Below, in pieces: positions 30,352 through 40,066 of a stretch of DNA of 64,000 nucleotides. The notes beneath the pieces are model-generated. The model was not told the DNA's origin and ran no database searches. It saw nothing but the letters and a program-made list of their open reading frames with translations. Both the position numbers and the translations under genes were made by a program. Each line of letters begins with the position of its first letter. Position 1 is the first letter of the stretch. Origin of the DNA: Planctomycetota bacterium (GTDB lineage Bacteria; Planctomycetota; UBA1135; UBA2386). The stretch spans positions 4,608,001 through 4,672,000 of the forward strand of contig OZ245838.1 of NCBI GenBank assembly GCA_965228735.1. Direction: 5' to 3'.

Positions 30352-31260
30352 ATGGCAATCGTGACCCTTCCGACCTTCCTCGTGATCGGCGCCGAGAAGG
30401 CCGGGACCACCGCGCTGCACGCGGCTCTCGATCGCCATCCGCGGGTGTTCATGAGCAACCCGAAGGAACCCTCCTTCTTCCTCTCCGAGGATTCGCGTTA
30501 TCTCGAGCAGGATCTGATGGGGCAGCCCCACGGCGACATCCGGACCCTCGCGGAGTACGAGGCTCTCTTCGCGGCCGCCGCGCCGGGGCAGGCGATCGGA
30601 GAATCCTCGCCCTGCTACCTCTACAGCCCCGACGCCGCCCGCTTCATCAAGAGCCTGATCCCCGACGTGCGCATCGTCGTGATGCTGCGTGATCCGGCGG
30701 AGCGGGCTTTCTCGCAGTTCACGTTCAATCAGCAGCGTGGTTGGGAGCCGCTATCCAGGACCTTCCAGGAAGCGCTCGCGCTCGAGGACGAGAGGGTGCG
30801 GGCGAACTCGATGTGGGCGTTCCACTACGTCAATCGTGGCATGTACGCGCGTCAGCTCGCGCCATACGTGGAGACGTTCGGTGACCAATTGCGGGCCTGG
30901 GCCTACGACGAGTTCGTCAAGGATCCTGCGAAGGTGCTGGGCGAGATCCACGATTTCCTGGGCGTGGAACGTGTCGATCTGGAAGAGCCCGCCCAGAGGA
31001 AGAACGTCACCTCGCTGCCACGGCTCGGGATCATCCGCCAGTTGCTCGATCGCCCGAATCCCGTGAAGGCCCTGGTCGGCCGTCTGATTCCGACGCACTT
31101 TCGGCGAGCCATGGGCGCGAGACTGCGGCAGTGGAACTCCCGCCGCCCGGAGCGCGACGACAGTTCGATCGCGTCGCTGAGGCCACGCTTCGTGGACGAC
31201 ATCGAGGCGCTGGCGTCCGGGTTGCTACCTGGAGCGCGGCGGTGGTTGGAGCGCGACTGA
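30352..31260 (+). CDS. Sulfotransferase
   Basis: IGAEKAGTT (5'-PSB), KEP.FF, GESSP.YL, LRDPAERAFS (3'-PB); ATG 30352. Confidence 0.9.
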   Translation: MAIVTLPTFLVIGAEKAGTTALHAALDRHPRVFMSNPKEPSFFLSEDSRYLEQDLMGQPHGDIRTLAEYEALFAAAAPGQAIGESSPCYLYSPDAARFIKSLIPDVRIVVMLRDPAERAFSQFTFNQQRGWEPLSRTFQEALALEDERVRANSMWAFHYVNRGMYARQLAPYVETFGDQLRAWAYDEFVKDPAKVLGEIHDFLGVERVDLEEPAQRKNVTSLPRLGIIRQLLDRPNPVKALVGRLIPTHFRRAMGARLRQWNSRRPERDDSSIASLRPRFVDDIEALASGLLPGARRWLERD

Positions 31261-31264
31261 GCCG

Positions 31265-34141
31265 TTACGCGGAGCGTTCGTGACCCGCAGTCTCTTCGCG
31301 GATGGCGGCCGCGAGGAGTGCGGCGTGGTCGAGCATGGTGTTGTGGTTCCCGGGTACCCACTCGACGCGCAAAGTACGGAAGCTCTTGCCCCAGCCGTTG
31401 TCTGGATCCATGACCCGGACGCCCGAGCCGTTGACCGACGTCGCTCTCGTGCCGGGGCCCAGCCAGACCTTCCGTTCGTCTCGGGGGCGGAAGAGCAGAA
31501 CGGGGATATCCAGACTCGGCGGCGAGAACGCGGCCGCGGCAACCTTGAATGCGTCTCGAATCCGGATCGAGCGGATCTGGCTCGGTGTGAGTCTCTCGGC
31601 GGGCTCTCGGTTGGCCGGGTTGCTCGGCGAAGCGTCGTCGTTCCGCCCCAGGCTGTGGCGGGCCTTCGTCAGCACTGCCTTGGAGATGCCACCCTCGTGC
31701 AGCAGCCGGCGGATCTGGAACATCCGGCGTTGCCAACCCTGCAGACGGCTCGTGGGGTGGCGGGTGTCGATGAGAAACAGCCCGGAAACGGTTTCGCCGG
31801 CGTCAATGAGTTGTTGCGCCATTGCCATCGCTATCAACCCGCCTCCGGAGTAGCCGCCGAGGTGATACGGCCCGTTGGGTTTCACCTGGCGGATCTCGCG
31901 GAGGAAGTCGCGAGCGGCGTCCTCGATCGTCTCGTGTGGCCCGTCATCTCCGAGAACGCCGCGGTACTGCAGCCCGAACACCGGCCGGTCCTCGAACTCG
32001 CGTGCGAGCCGCGCGAGCGTGACGACGTTGCCGTTGCGGCCCCCGACGACGAACAACGCGTGCGTCAGGTCCGGTTCCTGGGCTGCGGCCGCGTTGATCG
32101 GAACGACGAACCGATGCTCACGCTCCGAGGCTCCGGTGAGACGTGCTCGCACGAATCGGGCCAGGCTCCGGATCGACCCGGCTTCGAACAGCGTCGAGAT
32201 CGGCAACTCGAGCCCGGTGTGATCCAAGATTCTGGCGAAGACGCCGACCGCGATCAGCGAGTGCCCGCCGGCTTCGACGAAGTCGATGTCCGCATCGACG
32301 GGGCGGCCCAGGGCGTCCCGGAACGCCGCCGCGATCACCGTCTCGAGTTCGTCCAGATGCTGAACGCCGTTCGTTGACGGCGTTGCGGGGGAGTCGCGCG
32401 CGCTGTCGCGGTCCGCGAGCAGTGCGGCTGGGACGCTCAGCTCGAAGGACCGGTCGAGCGCACCGCCGTGCCTGCTGGTTGCGGATCTGCCCGACGTCGG
32501 CTTGGAGGCCGCGCTCTTCGGTGATCGGGTGGCGGGTTCGTTCGTGTCGGGCGTGACCTCGCCAGCCCGGGAAGCGTCCATCTCGAGCGTTCCGTGTTCT
32601 GCGATCGTTGCACCCGGCGCGATGGACCGCAGGAAGTCGAGTGCGGGCTCATTGCGATCGGTCTCTTTGTACTCGAGACCGACCTTGCCGAGACCTCGAT
32701 CGCGGGCGATGTCACCGAGCCGCTGCAGCATCCGGTGCTCGACTCCCCGTCCGAGCGCGCGGCAACTCAGCAAGAACGTCGGAGCGACAACGGCATCCCC
32801 GTTCACCCGGTAGATGACCAGGCCGACGATGCCGTACTCACCGAATCGGTCGCTGGCACCGACGAGGAACCCGCGATCTCCGGAGGCCAGATCGGACTCG
32901 AGCTCGTCGACTTTCCGCCGCCGAACGGAGAGGTGGAACTGGTTCGTGCGCAGTGTCAGTTCCGATGCGCGATCCATCCGCTCCGAGTCGATGTCGTGGA
33001 ACGTCAACCGCAGCTCCAGGTTGGCCAGGAACTCGCCGAGCGACGGTGCCGTATCGCGGTTCGCCTCGCGCGACAGATGGGCGCGGTAATACTCGACGCG
33101 GCTGCCGGAGGCCGCATCGTTGCGTAGATCGAACGCCCAATGGTGATCGCAGAATCGCACCATGTCGGCGTCGTTGTCCGGAAACCTCGTGACCGTCACG
33201 CCGGGGCAGTTGGCTTCGACCTCGGCACACTCGACCGGGTTGTCGTCGACGAAGATGAAGCTGTCCGTCCCGAGGCTGAGCTTCTCCCCGATCTCCCGGA
33301 TGTTTTCGGATTTCGGTCGCCAGTTGACCGCGGCGATGGTGACCGAGTCGCGCGGCAGGACCATGTCGTCGCGCTCTGCCCAGACACGCTCGACGTCCTC
33401 GGCAGAGTTCTTGGAGCACAGACCGATGACGACTCCGGACTCGGCCTGCGTGACGAGAAGGCGGTGCAGGGCGAGGTGGCCCTCGGTCAGTTCGATTCCC
33501 GTCGGCCCGACCTCGCCGCAGACGCCACGCCACAGGGTGTTGTCGCAATCGACGATGATGGCCTTGTGCGTTGGCTTGGTCCGCCGGTGCACTGCTCGAG
33601 CGAGTGCGGTGGCCCAGGCCGCATAGCCCGCCGGGGTGAACGGCATGGCACCGATCTTGTCACTCGCCGGGTCGTCGAACCTGGGCGTGGGGTAGGCGGC
33701 CTTGACCTCGTCTTCGACGATCAGGGTCACGTTCGGACTCTGGTCGATCGAGGCGCGCGCCCGTTCGACGATCGAGCCCCATTCGGCAGTGCTCTGACCG
33801 GTGCCGCGGCAGAGCCCCAGAATTGTTGGCGACGGCTGACGGGCCGCGGTCGCGATCAACTCGACAATCTGATCGGGGCCCGAGTCCTGCCAATCCGAGG
33901 GGCGGACGAGCATGGCGTGCAGTCGGTCCTCGGCGTCAGGCCGGGCTGCGGACGCGAGCAGGGTCTGGAACACCTGCCCGAACCCGTCTTCCTCGACTGC
34001 CCAGGGCATGCCGAGAGCCGTCGCCCAATGGGCGAGCAGTTCGCGGATCGGTTGCACCGAGAAGGTGCCACCGACGACGACGGTGAGTTGCTGCGGAGAC
34101 GACAAGATGGGCGAATTCAGGAGCTGGCCGACTATCGGCAA
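31265..34141 (-). CDS. FkbH-like (HAD-IIIC) glyceryl transferase fused to a carrier domain and a thioesterase
   Basis: VDCDNTLW.G, SKN, NWRPKS, FVDDNP.EC, RTNQF, DRFGEYG, LLSCRALGRGVE; carrier DFVEAGGHSL; TE GGYSGGG and VPGNH. Confidence 0.88.
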   Translation of the reverse strand: MPIVGQLLNSPILSSPQQLTVVVGGTFSVQPIRELLAHWATALGMPWAVEEDGFGQVFQTLLASAARPDAEDRLHAMLVRPSDWQDSGPDQIVELIATAARQPSPTILGLCRGTGQSTAEWGSIVERARASIDQSPNVTLIVEDEVKAAYPTPRFDDPASDKIGAMPFTPAGYAAWATALARAVHRRTKPTHKAIIVDCDNTLWRGVCGEVGPTGIELTEGHLALHRLLVTQAESGVVIGLCSKNSAEDVERVWAERDDMVLPRDSVTIAAVNWRPKSENIREIGEKLSLGTDSFIFVDDNPVECAEVEANCPGVTVTRFPDNDADMVRFCDHHWAFDLRNDAASGSRVEYYRAHLSREANRDTAPSLGEFLANLELRLTFHDIDSERMDRASELTLRTNQFHLSVRRRKVDELESDLASGDRGFLVGASDRFGEYGIVGLVIYRVNGDAVVAPTFLLSCRALGRGVEHRMLQRLGDIARDRGLGKVGLEYKETDRNEPALDFLRSIAPGATIAEHGTLEMDASRAGEVTPDTNEPATRSPKSAASKPTSGRSATSRHGGALDRSFELSVPAALLADRDSARDSPATPSTNGVQHLDELETVIAAAFRDALGRPVDADIDFVEAGGHSLIAVGVFARILDHTGLELPISTLFEAGSIRSLARFVRARLTGASEREHRFVVPINAAAAQEPDLTHALFVVGGRNGNVVTLARLAREFEDRPVFGLQYRGVLGDDGPHETIEDAARDFLREIRQVKPNGPYHLGGYSGGGLIAMAMAQQLIDAGETVSGLFLIDTRHPTSRLQGWQRRMFQIRRLLHEGGISKAVLTKARHSLGRNDDASPSNPANREPAERLTPSQIRSIRIRDAFKVAAAAFSPPSLDIPVLLFRPRDERKVWLGPGTRATSVNGSGVRVMDPDNGWGKSFRTLRVEWVPGNHNTMLDHAALLAAAIREETAGHERSA

Positions 34142-34354
34142 CGCATAACTGGGAATTGACTTACGAAGGGTGGTCAGGCTCCCGGGAGGGCCGGGAGCCG
34201 AGCGTGAACGTGGCTTCGCAACGGGGGACCGAGCCGCGGCTCGCGGAGTCGGGCAACGCGGTCCGAGCCGTTGGTCCCGGTGCGAAGGGCGGAATGCGCC
34301 CCGTGACCAGCAGGTCCCGTCGGCGGAACCGCCAGGCCCCGCGGGGGCGAGGAA

Positions 34355-35239
34355 CTAACGGCCCGGCAGCTGGTTTGTTGCAGCAAGAATCGTCGCGGCG
34401 GTTCGTGCGGCCCGAGTACCGGTGTGAGTGTTCGTGATCTTCTGCAGGGCCGCCCGAGCCGTATCGACGGTGCCGCCGGCAGCCGATTCCGTGAGAGCAT
34501 CCCGGAGCGCCTTCTCGGCCGTGATCTCGGCGACGAGTTCCGGCGCCCTCGTCCGCTGCAACAATCCTGCAGCTCTCGCTGCCAGGGTCGAGTTGGCGCC
34601 CGTTCTTTCGATGGCCTCGCAAAGCTCGGTCGCACGAGCGTATGCACCACTCGCCATTGCCTTCTCGGCGAGTCTCATGAGTCGGGCCAGGTCGCGGGCT
34701 CGATCGGCCGTGGTCGCGCGTTGCTCGGCGACGTAGTTCCGCACGGCGGCCATGTCGTCGAGTGGATTGCCCTCCATCACGACCGTGCCTTCGGGGGAGA
34801 GCAGGATGTACGACGGAACCGACTGTCGGTTCATCTCGAAGGGGTAGCCGTTCGTGAAGATCGCCGAGGTCCCGAACCACCCGCGTTCGAGCCCGAGGCG
34901 GAGAACGTCGTCGAGCTCGTGGCGTCGCTCGATCAGGATCGCCTGGAAGTGGTCGTCGAACTGACGCTGCAGATCGAGTGACGCCGGCACGGACGTCGCA
35001 ATGCAATGCCCTCAATTCTTGCCCCAGATCAGGATGAGCACGGGCACGCCGCGCAGGTCTTCGAGCGACCCTACTCCTCGGTCGTGGAACATCGGGCGAG
35101 AGAACTCGTGGCTCAGCCGATCGCCGACGCGGATGGCGCCGGGGCGGTGCGGTTGCCCGCGCGTCTTCTTGTACCAGTAGATTCCCGCGGCAGCCGCCAG
35201 GACGAGAACGGCGACCAGGATGATGCTCGGCGTCTTCAT
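34355..35239 (-). CDS. Probable selenoprotein: membrane-anchored thioredoxin-like (TlpA/redoxin) protein with UxxC motif
   Basis: ORFs 35012-35239 and 34355-34990 are in the same frame and separated only by TGA at 35014-35012; read-through gives LRGVPVLILIWGKN-U-GHC, a later VPSYILLSPEG.V motif and an N-terminal TM; 294 aa in total. Confidence 0.75.
34980..34997 (-). promoter_or_regulatory. Candidate bacterial SECIS element
   Basis: Minus-strand GACG-U-CC-GUGCC-GG-CGUC hairpin starting at +15 after the in-frame UGA; bulged U and a loop beginning with GU. Confidence 0.55.
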
Positions 35240-36303
35240 CGTCGGAGTAACTCACGGAAGCGGCACACCTCGGCCCGGAAGCCGGCTGAGTCGTGTTCGT
35301 CGTCTCGAACGACGGTGCGTTGCATTGTGATGGCGATGCGAGTCAGGTTGATCGGATTCGTATCGCGCTGGTTCATGCCGCCGTCACGAAAACCGGCGTA
35401 GCGGTAACCAGCCGCTCGAACGGCGGCCTCGACCCGCGCGTCCGAGTCGCCATTGGGGTAACACAGGCCGGAGACCGGCTTGTGGGTCCACTCTGCGAGC
35501 TGAGCAGCAGATTGGCGCAGCTCATGATCGAGGTCCGCGTCGTTCAGCAGCGGCAGAATCGGATGCGTCACCGAGTGCGAGCCGATCTCGTGGCCGCCGC
35601 GATCGAGCTCGATTACCTGCTCGGGAGTCATGGGGCGGCACAACGTGGCGTCGAAGGTGCCGCTGGCGACCGCCTGGGCCCGTTCGACGAACTCCATTCG
35701 CCGGGCTCCGGGGAGCGCCTTGAGGCTGTCGGTCCACGCCTGGCCGGTTGGAGGCTGCCCGTCGGCGGTAGCGGCCGAGGATTCACGCCGGACGGACCGA
35801 AGCAATTCGACCTGATCCTCGCGCGACAGCCGATCCCAGACGAATGCCGCCCGGTCGAACCACAACGCCTGGCCCGATTTCACGAAGTCGCTCGTGACGT
35901 AGAAGGTCCCTCGAACACCGTGCTTCTCGAGGATCGGAGCGGCTAGCGCGTGGTTGTCCCAATAGCCGTCGTCGAAGCTGATGGCGAGCAAGGGGCGACT
36001 CGCGGGACGGCCGTTCGCGAGTTCGTCCATGGCTTCTACGACCGGCAGAACCTCACAGTGCGACGCGAGCCACTCGACCTGGGCGTCGAACGAGTTCTGC
36101 GGAATCACCAGGCTCGCGAGCGGGTAATCGCGGCAATCCTCGAGCGGCAGCACGCGGTGATACATGAGGATCGTCAATCCGCGGCGCATTCGCCGTTCCA
36201 TCAGGCGCATCAATCCGGTCAGTTCGGCGACGCGGTCGATCCCCGAACGCAAGCGATGCTTGAAGGTGCGGGCGAGGCCAGGGGACTCGACGGCGGACGT
36301 CAT
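35236..36303 (-). CDS. Polysaccharide deacetylase (CE4/NodB-like)
   Basis: ILMYHRV, ISFDDGY.DN, EIGSHSVTHPIL, CYPNG; ATG 36303. Confidence 0.9.
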   Translation of the reverse strand: MTSAVESPGLARTFKHRLRSGIDRVAELTGLMRLMERRMRRGLTILMYHRVLPLEDCRDYPLASLVIPQNSFDAQVEWLASHCEVLPVVEAMDELANGRPASRPLLAISFDDGYWDNHALAAPILEKHGVRGTFYVTSDFVKSGQALWFDRAAFVWDRLSREDQVELLRSVRRESSAATADGQPPTGQAWTDSLKALPGARRMEFVERAQAVASGTFDATLCRPMTPEQVIELDRGGHEIGSHSVTHPILPLLNDADLDHELRQSAAQLAEWTHKPVSGLCYPNGDSDARVEAAVRAAGYRYAGFRDGGMNQRDTNPINLTRIAITMQRTVVRDDEHDSAGFRAEVCRFRELLRR

Positions 36304-37229
36304 CACTTTGCCAAGGCCTCGGTCCGAGTCCGCTGTGGTGATCGCAGGATTGGCGCCCGGAGTCGGTCGCGAAAGCGGTTGTCGCCGCGCCCGGTGAGTC
36401 GTTTCACCAACGACCGTACGCCAACGACGGTGACTTCCGCGCAGTCCGCGAACGCCGCGGCGACGACGCCGAAGTGCTTGCGCAGGTAGTAGAACCGACT
36501 CTCGTAGTAGTGCTTCGAGATGTCTTGCCCGTGCATCGTCTCGTTGGTCTTGGCGGTGCTCGCTCCTGCGAGGTGCGAGGCCACGGCTGCGCCCGTGACC
36601 CACAGCTCGTGACCGGCCTCGCACACGCGGCGACAGAGATCGGTCTCCTCGAAGTACAGGAAGAACCGTGGATCGAATCCGCCGAGCGCGACCATGACGT
36701 CACGACGCGCGAGCAGCACTGCACCGCACAGCCAGTCGGTCCGACGTGGGGCGGACCCCGGTGGGACCGGCTCACTGGGTGGGATCCTCCACCCCGCGGC
36801 GGCGGCAATGACGCGCCATGGAGTCGGCAAGGGATGGATCTTCTGGGCGGAACCGTTCGGATTGAGGATCGCCGGCGCCACGATGGCGGCCTGCGGGTGC
36901 TGCTCCAAGTGCTCCTGCAAGATCGCGAGTGCCGGCAAGGGCAGGACGGCGTCGGGGTTCAGGAACAGCACGTAGTCACCCTCGGCCATCGCCAGGCCGA
37001 TGTTGCACCCTCGACCGAAGCCGACGTTCTCCTTGCTCGCCACGACATCGACCCAGGGGAATCGCGATTCGACGGAGCCGGCCGTGTCGTCCGTACTCGC
37101 GTTGTCCACGACGATGACGCGCACCGTGCCTGCAGCTTGCCCGTCCGCGAGCGCCTCGAGCGCCGCGTCGACCGTGCCGGCTGAGTTGTACGTCACGATG
37201 ACGACCGTGATCGGGGCGCTGCGACTCAT
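36303..37229 (-). CDS. Glycosyltransferase family 2 (WbbL-like)
   Basis: VVIVTYNS, VVDNASTD, N.GFGRGCN, FLNPD, GGFD.RFFLYFEETDLC; ATG 37229. Confidence 0.92.
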   Translation of the reverse strand: MSRSAPITVVIVTYNSAGTVDAALEALADGQAAGTVRVIVVDNASTDDTAGSVESRFPWVDVVASKENVGFGRGCNIGLAMAEGDYVLFLNPDAVLPLPALAILQEHLEQHPQAAIVAPAILNPNGSAQKIHPLPTPWRVIAAAAGWRIPPSEPVPPGSAPRRTDWLCGAVLLARRDVMVALGGFDPRFFLYFEETDLCRRVCEAGHELWVTGAAVASHLAGASTAKTNETMHGQDISKHYYESRFYYLRKHFGVVAAAFADCAEVTVVGVRSLVKRLTGRGDNRFRDRLRAPILRSPQRTRTEALAK

Positions 37230-38245
37230 GACCGACCGAACAGTTTCTCGGGGAGCGTGGGGTAGGCCCCGCCGGTCTTGTAGCGGAAGAACGTCATCGA
37301 CTCCGGTGCCGCGATACGGGTGAGCTGGTAGGGGTCGGAGGCCGACGTGATCTGACGTCGGGCGCCCGACGCAACGGCAGAACTCAGCCCGGCGGCCTCG
37401 ACGAGATTCCGGCCGTCGGCGTCCGACCGACCATAGGGGAACGAGAAGTGAGCGGGTTCGTAGCCGAGCTCGCGACGGAACTCGTCGCAGCACGTGGTGA
37501 CCTCGTGGTCTCGCACCGCCGAATCCGCGTTCTGCAGGTCGCAGTGATCGGAGGTGTGTACGCCCAGCTCCATCAGGTCGTAGTCGTCGCGCAGTCGTCG
37601 AGCCTCGTCCCAGTTCATCGTCAGCCTGGGTCCGGTCTCCCGTGGCTGCAGCTGTTCCGTGAGGGTGGCCAGCAGGGCCTGACGCTGATCGAGGTTTCCG
37701 AGGATCATCGCCGAGTTGATCTCGGCACGGGCGCTTCGCTCGACGGGCCCGTGGTCGAGGCGAATCGGCGTATTGCGACCAGGCAGCGCCAGGTCCTCGC
37801 GGCTGCGGGTCCGGAAGATCGTGTGGACGCGGTCGACCCACTGATTCTCGCCGCGGCCCACGTATCCCGTACAGAGGTAGAGCAACGCTGGCAGTCCGAG
37901 CTCCGCGAGAATCGGCGCGGCGACCTCCAGGTTGTCGAGGTAACCATCGTCGAGAGTGACGACGACCGTTCCTGCTGGTGGTTCTTCGCCCTTCCGGATC
38001 GTTGCGACGAGGTCGCTGAGACCGATCACGCGACGGTGTCGCGCGAGGAACGTCATCTGTCGACGGAACAAGTTGGCGTCGATCGTGTTGGAAGGATCGT
38101 GCCAGCTACGCCGCTCCGGCGTGGAGACGCTGTGATACATCAGGATCACGGCGCCGACCGGCGACGCGGCGCGAACGTAGATCCAGGACAGGCCGCTCAG
38201 GTAGAGCCCCGCGTGCAGACCTTGCAAGACTCGTTGCTTCAACAC
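37226..38245 (-). CDS. Polysaccharide deacetylase (CE4/NodB-like)
   Basis: ILMYHSV, VTLDDGYLDN, GVHT..H, FSFPYG. Confidence 0.9.
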   Translation of the reverse strand: MLKQRVLQGLHAGLYLSGLSWIYVRAASPVGAVILMYHSVSTPERRSWHDPSNTIDANLFRRQMTFLARHRRVIGLSDLVATIRKGEEPPAGTVVVTLDDGYLDNLEVAAPILAELGLPALLYLCTGYVGRGENQWVDRVHTIFRTRSREDLALPGRNTPIRLDHGPVERSARAEINSAMILGNLDQRQALLATLTEQLQPRETGPRLTMNWDEARRLRDDYDLMELGVHTSDHCDLQNADSAVRDHEVTTCCDEFRRELGYEPAHFSFPYGRSDADGRNLVEAAGLSSAVASGARRQITSASDPYQLTRIAAPESMTFFRYKTGGAYPTLPEKLFGRS

Positions 38246-38302
38246 GGAGGAGATCGGTGCTCAGAGGCAGGCGGTTCGAGGTCGAGCGAAAGGGAGCGGC
38301 GA

Positions 38303-39025
38303 TCAGAAGTTCCCCACGGGGAAGGCGATCGGCAGCGGCAGGTTCTGGCGGATGTACTTGTCGACCCAGACGTTGATCTTGTCGATCATGTTGTTCGGGA
38401 CGTAGATCACGTCGTGCGGTTGGAGGAACACTGGTGTGCCGTCCACCCAGTTGTCGAGTCCGGCATCGAACTGCCAGACCTGGTGCCTTCGTTCGACTGG
38501 GAGCCAGCGGATCAGCATCGCTTCTTCGAGGAGTGCGGATCCCTTGACCGGCCCTCCGGCGCGTCCGATGGCCTCCAGGAAGGTAAGCTCACCGCGCCCG
38601 AACGCGACGACGCCCGGTATGTTGACCTCGCCGATCACCGTGACTTCGCGCGGCGCCGGGTCGATGATGTCGACGGACACGGTGCCCGCGCCCACCTCGC
38701 TCTGGTTGGCGTAGGCTTCGCTGACCTTGGCGCCGAGCGCCCCGACGGATAGTCCCACCAGCTGGAGCTCGCCCACGAACGTGAACGTCGCGCGGCCGTC
38801 GTCGCGCACGATGGTTTGGTGGTCCCACTCCGGCTTCTGCGGGAACCGCACACCGATCGTATCACCCGCGACGACGAACGCCTGTGGGGAGAGCGTCGCG
38901 TTGATGTCGGGAGCAACGGCACGCAAGGCCGGGAACGAGCAGCCACTGGCCAGAGTCAACGCCAGGAGTCCGAGAACTCGGCCCCCTGCTCGACGTGCCA
39001 ACGAATCACGGTTGCTCTCACGCAT
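38303..39025 (-). CDS. wza: Polysaccharide export lipoprotein (Wza/Poly_export-SLBB)
   Basis: Lipobox LASGC; GD.I.V, VR.DG, VIGEV..PG, EAI..AGG, LQP.DVIYVP. Confidence 0.85.
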   Translation of the reverse strand: MRESNRDSLARRAGGRVLGLLALTLASGCSFPALRAVAPDINATLSPQAFVVAGDTIGVRFPQKPEWDHQTIVRDDGRATFTFVGELQLVGLSVGALGAKVSEAYANQSEVGAGTVSVDIIDPAPREVTVIGEVNIPGVVAFGRGELTFLEAIGRAGGPVKGSALLEEAMLIRWLPVERRHQVWQFDAGLDNWVDGTPVFLQPHDVIYVPNNMIDKINVWVDKYIRQNLPLPIAFPVGNF

Positions 39026-39086
39026 CGGTCGTCGAGCATACCCCGCGTCGTGCTCGGCACACAGCGAACCCGCGCCCCGGCGGGCA

Positions 39087-39992
39087 CTACGAATCGGCGC
39101 GGGGAGTCGTTCGCGCTTCTCTGCCCGCGAGCCGTTCTGCCACCGTCCGGAGCTGACAAAGGTCGCGCGGCCGCGCCAGGCGGGAAACGCGGACGGAGCG
39201 CGCCAGTGCCACGCAGCTCTGCATCAGCGATTCGGGGCCGCTGACGCCGCTGAGAAGTTCGGGGAAGTACGAGTGCCGCAGCAACGCGACGCCCGCGGTG
39301 AGTCCGCGGAGCGGCGTCGGTTCGACGCTTCCGGTCGAACTCAGAACGTAGACGTGGCGCAGCCGGACCGGGCTGTCGGCACAGGATTCCGCGGGTACCC
39401 TGGCGACGCGCTTCTCGGGGCGGTCGCCGGGGCCGATGGGCCGGTTGTCCGGTACGACCTCACGGGTGGCCACCGGTCCGGGTGCGACCATTGGCTCGGT
39501 AGCCGTGGGGTCGATTGCCGCGATGTCGTCCGTCACGAACCGGCAGCCGAATTCGACCATGAGCCTGGCCAGCGTCGACTTGCCGACCCCGGAATCGCCA
39601 GCGAACGCGATGCCGGCCATCGTCGCGGGCTGCGCGACGCAGCTCGCGTGCAGGCAGAAGAATCCGCGTTGTTGCAGGAGCAGCCCCATGGCGGGGCCGG
39701 CGATGAACTGTGCGAGGTCCTGACTCGGCTCGACGTCTACGCCGGATGGCGTCACGGTGATCGATCGCCCGTCACGGACGCGCAGCGCGCCGACCCCGGC
39801 GCGCACGATCGTCGAGTCCTGCGGCGACAGCCGGTGCCAGTCGCCGCTGTGATCGGGCGGCGCAGCCCCGTCGGCAGGGAGTGACGAGGTTTCGATCGTG
39901 ACGTCCGTTGCGTCACGCGAGGATTCCGGCCGCAGGCTGGGGAGCGGTACTTCCGAACGGATGGACAGTCCGTATGCGCGGTATGTCGGCAC
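39087..39992 (-). CDS. HPr-kinase-like lasso peptide kinase
   Basis: Y.AYGL.I.SE..LP start, LHASCV, Walker A GDSGVGKST, VTDD; immediately downstream of the lasso precursor. Confidence 0.82.
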   Translation of the reverse strand: MPTYRAYGLSIRSEVPLPSLRPESSRDATDVTIETSSLPADGAAPPDHSGDWHRLSPQDSTIVRAGVGALRVRDGRSITVTPSGVDVEPSQDLAQFIAGPAMGLLLQQRGFFCLHASCVAQPATMAGIAFAGDSGVGKSTLARLMVEFGCRFVTDDIAAIDPTATEPMVAPGPVATREVVPDNRPIGPGDRPEKRVARVPAESCADSPVRLRHVYVLSSTGSVEPTPLRGLTAGVALLRHSYFPELLSGVSGPESLMQSCVALARSVRVSRLARPRDLCQLRTVAERLAGREARTTPRADS

Positions 39993-40066
39993 GGACGAAC
40001 TGCCTCAACGACCGAGCGCGCTCGGTTGAACTCGAACGGTCCTGGGCAGAGCCAGCTGGCCGAGCG

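Noticed and set aside
35012..35014. TGA read as Trp or Gly (alternative genetic code)
   Set aside because: Many well-defined genes here end in TGA at the expected length, so TGA is a normal stop; only Sec recoding, a nonsense mutation or a sequencing error explains this site
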